Assembly (NCBI GenBank): GCA_050952645.1
Contig: JBMNLI010000009.1
Location: forward strand, 1,800-65,799
Origin: Bdellovibrionota bacterium
GTDB taxonomy: Bacteria; Bdellovibrionota_C; UBA2361; CAKMMH01
Direction of reading: 5' to 3'
Length of the DNA: 64,000 bases
Position 1 is the stretch's first letter. Each line of letters begins with the position of its first letter. A program made the position numbers and the translations under genes. Of this stretch, positions 31,406 through 39,451 are shown one piece after another. The notes beneath the pieces are model-generated. The model did not search any database. It saw nothing but the letters and a program-made list of their open reading frames with translations, and was not told the DNA's origin.

Positions 31406-32707
31406 TTAATTTTCATAAGAGAGAATATAATTAAATATTTCCTCCATGATAACTTCCCCTCTATTTTTAAGTAGCTTTCCATTTATAAAAACAAAGGGCG
31501 TCCCAGGGATATTTAAAGCCTTTGCTTCTTCAATATCCGATGCGAGTTTATCACTATATCTTTTAGCCTCTAAACATTCTTTAAAAGCTACCTCATCTAA
31601 TCCCAACTCGAGCGCTATCTGTTTAAATTCCTCTTTAACTAAAGCATCACTTTCATTTTTAATAAGCGTAGGCATCGAGTATACGCTATCCATCGCCTCC
31701 CAGTATTTGCCTTGCTCTCCTGCACATAAACTAAAAAGTGAAGCAAAGCATGCGTATTTATGGTAATCGCCTTTTATCATCGAATTACATTTACTATCTA
31801 GTGGAAAATGTTTATAGACAAATAACACTTTACCTTCGTATTTTTTTAAGAAATTTTTAGATAAATTATAATACACTCTGCAGGCTGGGCATTGGAGGTC
31901 TGCGTATTCTACTATTTTTATTGGGGCATCTTTATTCCCCTCATAATATACGCCATCTAAATTTTTAGTCGCATTTAGTGCGATATCCTGAACTGGCTCA
32001 TCTATCCAATTATAAAATCCTTTATGATGGCTTTGATAATTTTCTTTTAAAAGCTGTGATTTATTGTAATTGCTTTTTATCTTAGGAAGTAAAATATTAT
32101 CAGGTAAAAATAGCAAGAAAGCCCCTAAAAGAACGCCCGAAACGCTCGATATTATAGCATCTTTTCTTAAAATATGTTTACTTTTTCCGCTAATTCCTAA
32201 AACTATAAGTGGAAAATTTATTAAAGCGATTACACCATCTATAAATCTCTTTGTCATACTAGTTTTTCTATCAAACATAAGAGCTACGAACCATTGCAAA
32301 AAGTTTGCGGCATACATCGCCATACAATTTAAGCATAACGTCTTAATTATAAATTGCGAAACACAAAAAAGAGCTATTGAATACAAAACTGCACAAGTAG
32401 AAAGGACTAAACAAGTATTAAAATATACATTATCTTTTAATTTTTTAGATTTATAAAAATATATGGTCCAAAAAAACATTACTAAATAATATAAAATACC
32501 AAAAGATGCGATAGGCACGCCTAGAAATTCAGCAAACTTACTCTCGTTGACTTTATCGCAATTAAACGCATCGCTTATATTGCAAAAAGATGGCGATATT
32601 TTTAAATCGTTTACTAGCTCAACGTGTTCATAAAGTGAAATAAACGCAAAGATTGCTCCTAAAACAGAACCTATTATCATTAGACTTAATAATTTTTTAT
32701 TTTTCAT
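31406..32707 (-). CDS. vitamin K epoxide reductase (VKOR)-DsbA-like thioredoxin fusion protein
   Basis: 433 aa. N-terminal polytopic VKOR-like domain with CLNC. C-terminal thioredoxin fold with CPAC. Confidence 0.7.
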   Translation of the reverse strand: MKNKKLLSLMIIGSVLGAIFAFISLYEHVELVNDLKISPSFCNISDAFNCDKVNESKFAEFLGVPIASFGILYYLVMFFWTIYFYKSKKLKDNVYFNTCLVLSTCAVLYSIALFCVSQFIIKTLCLNCMAMYAANFLQWFVALMFDRKTSMTKRFIDGVIALINFPLIVLGISGKSKHILRKDAIISSVSGVLLGAFLLFLPDNILLPKIKSNYNKSQLLKENYQSHHKGFYNWIDEPVQDIALNATKNLDGVYYEGNKDAPIKIVEYADLQCPACRVYYNLSKNFLKKYEGKVLFVYKHFPLDSKCNSMIKGDYHKYACFASLFSLCAGEQGKYWEAMDSVYSMPTLIKNESDALVKEEFKQIALELGLDEVAFKECLEAKRYSDKLASDIEEAKALNIPGTPFVFINGKLLKNRGEVIMEEIFNYILSYEN

Positions 32708-32729
32708 AATTTTTACATAACCTTTAATA

Positions 32730-33107
32730 TTAATTTTTCATTTCATATAGTGCATGTTTATTATCTCTAAATAGTAATAAAAAATCATTACTTTTGAATA
32801 ATTTTTTATCGATACTACTTTTACCATCTACTAAAGTGTATTTAGCTTTTTCTTTTATACTGTACTGTTTCATATTATCTGATGATTTAAGAGATAAAAA
32901 GTAATTTTTATAACTTTCTTCCCCTAGTAGTGTATTTCTATCATCGATAACGGGCTTAACGCCATCTCTTAGGTGCCATAAAAAACCTGGGTCGTTAAAA
33001 AAATTTTGCGATTTTAACATTAGTAGCAGGCAAAATAATATTGTAGCTACTAATATGGTAGCAAGACTTATTTTAAATAACTTTTTTTTATCTTTCTTTA
33101 ATATCAT
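32730..33107 (-). CDS. small membrane-anchored hypothetical protein
   Basis: 125 aa, one N-terminal TM helix. Confidence 0.4.
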   Translation of the reverse strand: MILKKDKKKLFKISLATILVATILFCLLLMLKSQNFFNDPGFLWHLRDGVKPVIDDRNTLLGEESYKNYFLSLKSSDNMKQYSIKEKAKYTLVDGKSSIDKKLFKSNDFLLLFRDNKHALYEMKN

Positions 33108-33188
33108 TTAGAGTTATTTTTATTATTTTGTAAAAATATAAAATTTTAGTTCTTTACATTTAAAGATATTTTTTAATTATGCACACGT

Positions 33189-33272
33189 ATGCTTAATATT
33201 ATATGCTTAATATTATATGCTTAATATTATATGCTTAACATTGCACGCTTAATATTGCACGCTTAATATAAA
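33189..33272. repeat. six tandem 14-bp units (ATGCTTAATATTAT x3, then degenerate ACGCTTAATATTGC-like x3) in an intergenic/promoter region
   Basis: Direct reading. Lies about 80 bp upstream of the minus-strand ORF start at 33107. Confidence 0.8.
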
Positions 33273-33354
33273 TGTGGAGTGTCAATATTTTGATGATAAA
33301 AAGCAAAGAACGTTTCTAGGAAAAGACTTTAATTCTTCACGTTAAAAGATGGTT

Positions 33355-33394
33355 AAAAAAAAACCCCAAAATAAGAAAACTTATTAAGGGGTTT
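33355..33394 (-). terminator. rho-independent terminator of the HU-like gene
   Basis: Minus strand reads AAACCCCTTAATAAG-TTTTC-TTATTTTGGGG followed by T9. Confidence 0.6.
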
Positions 33395-33452
33395 AGAAGA
33401 AATAATTAAACTAATACGTTATTTAAAATTGCATTAGTTTAGATATGTAAAA

Positions 33453-33842
33453 TTATAATGCCATATCTTTTAATCCTTTAAGAGCCGTTACTTTAATACG
33501 AGTAGAAGCTGGCTTAGCAGGGATGTCCATTAATTCCCCTGGTTTAAAAGGATTAGGAACTCCTTTTTGAGCTTTTCTAGCAGCTACTTTCTTAGTTGAA
33601 ATCTTTAAAAGACCTGGTAATGTAAAAGTGCCAACAGCATTTTTCTTAACGTGGCGTTCTATTTGAACTCCAAGCTCATCTAATACTGATGATACTTGTT
33701 TCTTATTTAAACCAGTGTTAGCAGCGATTTCAGTTAACAACTCATTTTTAGTCATGCTTTTTGATACAGCAGATACTTTTTGTTTTTTTGCACTAGGACA
33801 TGCGCTTGCGCATGATTTTGAACTTTTATTTGATGTTGCCAT
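33453..33842 (-). CDS. HU-family DNA-binding protein with Lys/Ser-rich N-terminal extension
   Basis: Core MTKNELLTEIAANTGLNKKQVSSVLDELGVQIERHV...GTFTLPGLLKISTKKVAARKAQKGVPNPFKPGE (HU/IHF fold with beta-arm). The first ~29 codons are low-complexity; a start at internal M30 is possible. Confidence 0.75.
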   Translation of the reverse strand: MATSNKSSKSCASACPSAKKQKVSAVSKSMTKNELLTEIAANTGLNKKQVSSVLDELGVQIERHVKKNAVGTFTLPGLLKISTKKVAARKAQKGVPNPFKPGELMDIPAKPASTRIKVTALKGLKDMAL

Positions 33843-34126
33843 ATTATCTCCAATAAAAAAAACGTAACCAATAAAAACACTATTTTTTACGGCTACAAAT
33901 AAAGTTTCAAGAAAGTAATTTCTTTGAAACTTTTAAAATGTTATATATATTTTAAACTTTGCGCAATACTATATTTACAAAGTATTTCACTTTTTTTATT
34001 TTTTTACTCCTGTTTTAATGGGGTAAAACTACTTAAGCCTAGCAAGAAAAGGGTATTGACAAAAAGAAAAATTAGTTGTTCATTTTTTTTAATTCTTTGC
34101 ATAATTTTAATATACGCACAAACAGC

Positions 34127-35292
34127 CTATTTTAACACTTTCCACTCTAGGTCTTGTTTAGTGCCTACTTGCTCAATATAAGATTTTTTTCTAAGCGATG
34201 CTAGTGTTCGTTGAACGGTTCTTGCAGTTTTAGAAATCTTATCTGCCAACTCCTGTGTCGATAGGGTAGGGTTTTGTTTTAATAGAGCATACACCGCTTT
34301 TTCAGTGCCATTTAAAGTCGCATCTAAAGTAATTTTTGAAATATCGCCTTGAATTAAAGGGCGATAGATTATAAATTTAAATCCGTTTTCTTTATTTTCA
34401 TAAGCATACTTGATTTTTGAATCTTTACACAAACTATCTATTCTCTTAAAACCACTACCAAACTGCTCTATGTATTTACTTAAATATAAAATTTTTGAGA
34501 TTGTCGCATTTCTTATTTCAGACTCAACATTTCCTTTTATATAATCTTCAGGTTTATGCTTACTAGCATAATTCCCAGGGCTATATATAGTTATCATACT
34601 CGGGTGAATACATATCTCATGGATAGTCTTACTTCCATATAATGCATGAGCAAACCCATTTGCTAAAATCTGGTTCTTCACGTTTTAGGTGGGTTAGAAA
34701 AATTGTTTTTGGGGGTTAGCTTAAAAGAAAATTGGCTTTTATAGAAAACTATCTATAGTTTAAAGAAAAATTACAACTATATTTAAAGTAATTTATTTTA
34801 TGCAAATTTCTTTAAAGTCAATTTTCTTTTGGGCTTCGTGAGGTGAGTGATACTAATTTTAAGGTCTTTAGCCCACTTAAAACGTGAAGAGCCTAAAATC
34901 TCTCTAATTACCACAGTCGGAACTTCTGGAATTTCAATTCTTTCAGAGCCTATAATTTCACTTTTCCATCTAATGTTTTTAAATATATAATCTTCCGCCT
35001 TACTTAATAAATTATAAATATTATCTTCATATAATTTCATATCTAGTATGGTTAGTTTTTCATCCGTTGCAAATATACCAACTTTTAACTGCACGGGATT
35101 AGTGCTACTAAAAAGAACCTCCCCGGCATTAATTAAATACTCATCTTTAACTAGACCAAATTTATTTAAAATCATTGGGACGGTATACTTACCATCGGGC
35201 AATCTCCCTGCCTTAATCGCTTTTTGCCAAAAAGATTTCACAGCCTTTTTATCAACTTGGTTCGATAAAGAGGTAGATTTTCCAAGGTTCAT
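34127..35292 (-). pseudogene. AlbA_2 (Schlafen-like) / HATPase_c_4-type putative transcriptional regulator split by a MITE insertion
   Basis: Upstream part 35292..34798 and downstream part 34681..34127 are separated by element 34672..34893. Removing the element and one TSD copy restores ...VVIREIL|ANGFAHALYGS..., matching the AlbA_2 hallmark RExxxNAxxHRDY. The C-terminal part carries a winged-helix (LSTQELADKISKTARTVQRTLASLRKKSYIEQVG). Confidence 0.7.
34672..34893 (+). mobile_element. MITE-like element (222 bp), 16-bp TIRs GGTTCTTCACGTTTTA / TAAAACGTGAAGAGCC, perfect 8-bp TSD TAAAATCT
   Basis: TSD at 34664-34671 and 34894-34901. The internal sequence is shared with copies at 29556, 41164 and 51243. 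Confidence 0.85.
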
Positions 35293-35299
35293 TTTATAT

Positions 35300-36140
35300 C
35301 TCTCCTTTTTTTTCTAAGCGACACTTTTGTCGCCAGTGACGACATTTTTGTCGTCACCTTTTTTAAACAAAATAAAACTTTGTCTAGTTTAATTTAGCAA
35401 TTATACATTCTCCTTTAATAACAATATGTTATGCCATTTCTAAGGCGTTTTAAACTAAAATTTTTTATAGATTATAGCCATAAACTAAACACTTTTTTTA
35501 AGCTATATGCGACACTTTTGTCGCCAGTGACGACATTATTGTCGCCTATAGCGACATTTTTGTCCATCTCCTTTTTTAAAGAAAAGAAAGCTTGTCTAGT
35601 TTAATTTGGCAAATATATATTCTCTTTTAATAACAATATGTTATACCATTTCTAAGGCGTTTTAAACTAAAATTTTTTATAGATTATAGCCATAAACTAA
35701 ACACTTTTGTCGCTATATGCGACACTTTTGTCGCTAGAGGCGACACTTTTGTCGCCCTCCTTTTTTAGTTTAAACTTTCCCCTGTTTTACGTATACAATT
35801 TTAATTTTAATTGCATAACTCACTGAAATCATTTAAAAAAATTTTTAAAAGTGCTTGCACAAAATGCTAAAATAGCATACGTATTATACGTATACCCTTA
35901 AGAAACGACAGATACCAGCCTTAGGCTAAATTTTAGGCTCTTAAAAAACTATAGTATACGTAAAACAAGGGAAAGTTTGGGATAGATTACAGCCATAAAC
36001 TAAACACTTTTTTTAAGCTATATGCGACACTTTTGCCAACTAGTGACGACATTATTGTCGCCTATAGCGACACTTTTGTCGCCACTTTTTTTTAAAAGAG
36101 AATAAAACTTTGTCTAGTTTAATTTGGCAATTATAGTATT
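35300..36140. repeat. three direct copies of a ~210-220-bp promoter/leader-like module rich in perfect hairpin palindromes
   Basis: Marker GTCTAGTTTAATTT(A/G)GCAA recurs at 35382, 35594 and 36112. Each module carries GCGACACTTTTGTCGC and GTGACGACATTTTTGTCGTCAC palindromes followed by a T-run. It also carries a minus-strand TGTATAAT -10 box oriented toward the AlbA_2 gene start. Confidence 0.6.
35771..35972. repeat. 202-bp segment bounded by perfect 25-bp inverted repeats AAACTTTCCCCTGTTTTACGTATAC ... GTATACGTAAAACAAGGGAAAGTTT
   Basis: Inserted between modules 2 and 3 of the array above. Interior has a TTGCAC ... TGCTAAAAT promoter-like pair. The left 70 bp equal the solo repeat at 30539. Confidence 0.5.
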
Positions 36141-36782
36141 TTGTTTATTTTTAATATCTTTTTAATTATACTACTTAATATGGAATTTAAAATTATAGAA
36201 ACAACTTTTATAGGTGGCTACAATGTGCTTTCTAAAATGCCTACAAACTTACCACAAATAGCACTTCTTGGGCGCTCAAATGTGGGAAAATCAACGCTAG
36301 TAAATAAATTATGCAAAAGAAACTCGCTAGCTAAAACTAGCAAAACCCCAGGACGCACTAAAGAGTTTAACTTCTTTGAAATCACTTATAAAATTGATGA
36401 AACTAAAAATAAATTCCACTTAGTAGATCTCCCAGGGTTTGGATTTGCTAAATTTTCAAAAACAAAACAAATATCGCTTAACAAAAATATCGTCAAATAC
36501 CTAGCCTCAGATTTACCACTTCTTGGCGTGTTTCTCCTAAACGATTCTAGAAGAACACCTAAAGAAGATGAACTAGCCATTCAAAAATTATGCTTTGAAA
36601 ATAATAGATTCCTACAAATTATTTTAACTAAAATCGATAAACTTAAAAAAAATGATATAAAAAAGCAATTATCCATTATCGCTGCTAGCTACAACTTAGA
36701 GCCACAAGATTTACTACTAAGCGGAAACGATATAGACACTAATAATATTTGGAAAAGAATTTTTGAAAGTGGTTTCTTATAA
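36141..36782 (+). CDS. engB: ribosome-biogenesis GTPase EngB/YsxC (YihA)
   Basis: G1 GRSNVGKST, G3 DLPGFG, G4 TKIDK. Likely true start at the internal MEFKI (36181). Confidence 0.8.
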   Translation: MFIFNIFLIILLNMEFKIIETTFIGGYNVLSKMPTNLPQIALLGRSNVGKSTLVNKLCKRNSLAKTSKTPGRTKEFNFFEITYKIDETKNKFHLVDLPGFGFAKFSKTKQISLNKNIVKYLASDLPLLGVFLLNDSRRTPKEDELAIQKLCFENNRFLQIILTKIDKLKKNDIKKQLSIIAASYNLEPQDLLLSGNDIDTNNIWKRIFESGFL

Positions 36783-36824
36783 AACTTTCATAAACTAATG
36801 GTTGATATTAAATTTTAAAAAGCC

Positions 36825-38252
36825 TTAAAAATCAAACTCTGGAGTGATTAGTCCTAAATCTTCTTTAGCCATATTTATTTTACTTACTATATGCTCACTA
36901 CACCAAAAATTATCAAAAAACTCTTGCGGATTCACGGCGTAGCCATTAACTCTAATCTCAAGCAAATATTCCCTATCGACCGTAGAAATACCACTTTGCC
37001 CTAAATTTAAAAGCGCCTGCCCCACTGAAACTTTATCTCCAGTTTTAACTAACGGACTTCCTGCCATAGCGTAAAGCACTACTACATTTCCACCGTGTGC
37101 TACCCCTACAACATTACCGTAGTAATCCATTTTTTTTACAAAAATTACTACACCATCTGAAATGGAGTTTACCGTGCTTTCATCTTTCGTTAATAAAAAT
37201 GTAGTTCCACTCTCTTTCTTTTCTAACACTACCTTATCAGAGTAAACGTAATGCACTCGTGAACCAAAATTTCTTAGAATCGTAGCCTTTTGTATCGCAA
37301 AAGGAAGCTTTAAACTTCTCTTAAAAACTACATTATGAACAATATCAAAAATTTCTTTCGATTCCTTTTTATGTTGCGTCTTTAAAACTCTAATTAAAAA
37401 ATCATTTAAACTTTCATCTTGCTTTTTTTCTAATCTCTTTGAGATAGTATTTACAAAATACGAAGTAAGTTTTAATGTATGCTCCCCTACTCGTCTTTTT
37501 ATCTTCTTATTATAAAATTTTCTAGTAGTAGTATTTCCAACATTATCTTTTGCAACGACTAAAGGTGTGATTTTTTTATTACCACTAGACGTTTTTTCGC
37601 TATCTAACACAGAATAAAAAGCACAGTAAACGCTCTCATCTTTTATACTATCGTCTAAAAGAATTAAAGGAAAACCTTGAAAAACTTTATTCCCAACCTT
37701 TACTCCATGTTCCTTTAAATTATCGTCTTTAGCCTGATAAATTACTAGTTGCACACCATTTAACAAAAGATTATGTTGAGTGCTAATTACTTTTAATTTT
37801 GGATATCTAGCATCTACATCTACATTAAACCTTACTTCCTTATGATTATTCCAAAAACTTTTATCAAATGCTTTAATAGTTATACTAGCAACACCTTCAG
37901 TAAGTTTTAACTCATTAAAGCCTAAAGGAATTTTAATAATCTTTTCTTTTTCACCATTTAATTTACCATTATCTAATTGTATATGACGATTTTTTTGAGT
38001 AAGGCGAACGGTATATCCATCTAACCCAGCGCCAGTGTCTGAGATTTTTATTTCTAGCGTTTGAGGCTCGCTTCCGATGCCTTTTATACTACCTTTTTTT
38101 ACCGTAATAACAGGAGGAGTTTTTTCAAATATTTGATCGTATAGTTTGCCGTCTTTGTAATGTTTTAGAAATAAAAAAAGCAAAACACAAAATATAGATA
38201 TCAACACGAAAAATAAACATAAATACTTTATCGATTTTCTTATTATTTTCAT
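36825..38252 (-). CDS. M23 (LytM-type) family metallopeptidase, membrane-anchored
   Basis: 475 aa. N-terminal TM helix. C-terminal M23 domain (HGGNVVVLYAMAGSPLVKTGDKVSVGQALLNLGQSG...GYAVNPQEF). Confidence 0.75.
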   Translation of the reverse strand: MKIIRKSIKYLCLFFVLISIFCVLLFLFLKHYKDGKLYDQIFEKTPPVITVKKGSIKGIGSEPQTLEIKISDTGAGLDGYTVRLTQKNRHIQLDNGKLNGEKEKIIKIPLGFNELKLTEGVASITIKAFDKSFWNNHKEVRFNVDVDARYPKLKVISTQHNLLLNGVQLVIYQAKDDNLKEHGVKVGNKVFQGFPLILLDDSIKDESVYCAFYSVLDSEKTSSGNKKITPLVVAKDNVGNTTTRKFYNKKIKRRVGEHTLKLTSYFVNTISKRLEKKQDESLNDFLIRVLKTQHKKESKEIFDIVHNVVFKRSLKLPFAIQKATILRNFGSRVHYVYSDKVVLEKKESGTTFLLTKDESTVNSISDGVVIFVKKMDYYGNVVGVAHGGNVVVLYAMAGSPLVKTGDKVSVGQALLNLGQSGISTVDREYLLEIRVNGYAVNPQEFFDNFWCSEHIVSKINMAKEDLGLITPEFDF

Positions 38253-38290
38253 ACTTTAATTTCCACTTTAATTTTAATTTATATTTTAAT

Positions 38291-39292
38291 TTAAATAGCC
38301 CCATTATAATAATCTGCTACCTCTTTAAAATTCTCGTTTAAAAATTTCCTTAATTTTACTTTTATCTCATTTTCAATCTGCCTAACTCTCTCTTTGCTAA
38401 TATTTAACATTTGAGAAAGATCTTCTAAAATTACTTTTTCAGAATTTAGTAAACGTTTTTCAAAAATTACTTTTTCCCTTTCAGTCAATGTTTCTTTAAA
38501 TTTATTAAATCCAAGAACAATTAAATCATTTATTTGCTTTTGCGCAAGGAGTTCTTCAGCGGTCTTTCCTTTTGCAGGTATTACATTTGCTGGGGTAGCT
38601 AAAGTGTCGCTACTTAGTGGAGCATCTAAACTTAAGTCTCCAAGGTGTAGCCTTTTATCCATTTCTATAACTTCATGTTCTTTAACATTTAGCCTTTCTG
38701 CTAAAAGTTTTGTAGTAGGATAAATTCCTTCTTTCTCTAATTTTTCTTTTTCTTTTCTTAAATTAAAAAATAATTTTCTTTGTGCTTGCGTCGTTCCAAT
38801 TTTCACTAGACGAATATTTGCCATAATATATCTAATAATGTAAGCCTTTATCCAAAGCACTGCATAAGCTGGAAAATTAGCCCCCTTGTCGGGATCAAAA
38901 TTTTTTACAGCTTCCATAAGCCCTATATTGCCCTCTTGGATAACATCTAATAAATTTCTTGCTATACTCTCATAATTTCTTGCAATGCGAACGACTAACC
39001 ATAAATTACTAGAAATCAGTTTATACGCCGCTTCTAAATCATTTTCTTCTCTATACGCCTTTAAAAGCTTAATCTCCTCTTCACGAGTTAGTCTAGAATA
39101 CTGTTTTATCTTAATAAGGTATGCTCTAAGTGCATCAAAACTTGCTAACTCTCGCCCTCTAGCGGCAGGTAAAAGGCTAGTAGTTTGCTTTTTAGGTAGC
39201 AGTTCATCCCTATTTTCACTAGGTGGAAGCACTTCCATGTTTTTATTATCAAAATCTATATATTTATAGTATTTATCATCTTTTAAAGCCAT
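38291..39292 (-). CDS. sigma-70 family RNA polymerase sigma factor (group 1/2-like, 333 aa; no region 1.1)
   Basis: Region 1.2 (DALRAYLIKIKQYSRLTREEEIKLLKAY), region 2 (LIQEGNIGLMEAVKNFDPDKGANFPAYAVLWIKAYIIRYI), region 3, region 4 HTH (LSQMLNISKERVRQIENEIKVKLR). Subfamily not resolved. Confidence 0.8.
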   Translation of the reverse strand: MALKDDKYYKYIDFDNKNMEVLPPSENRDELLPKKQTTSLLPAARGRELASFDALRAYLIKIKQYSRLTREEEIKLLKAYREENDLEAAYKLISSNLWLVVRIARNYESIARNLLDVIQEGNIGLMEAVKNFDPDKGANFPAYAVLWIKAYIIRYIMANIRLVKIGTTQAQRKLFFNLRKEKEKLEKEGIYPTTKLLAERLNVKEHEVIEMDKRLHLGDLSLDAPLSSDTLATPANVIPAKGKTAEELLAQKQINDLIVLGFNKFKETLTEREKVIFEKRLLNSEKVILEDLSQMLNISKERVRQIENEIKVKLRKFLNENFKEVADYYNGAI

Positions 39293-39451
39293 ATCTGCTT
39301 ATTTTACCAAGTTTTAAATTATATTGCTATATCATTAACTTTTCTATTAAGAAAAATTTTATAATATACCGATTATATTAAGGTAAGTTAAATAAAATTT
39401 AAAAAAGTTTATAAAAAATTTTTATATACTATAAAAAGGCTAGGAGTATAG

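Noticed and set aside
33924-34181. ORF 33924..34181 (+, 85 aa)
   Set aside because: Low-complexity hydrophobic translation of an AT-rich promoter/terminator region. It overlaps the 3' end of the minus-strand regulator gene. No RBS.
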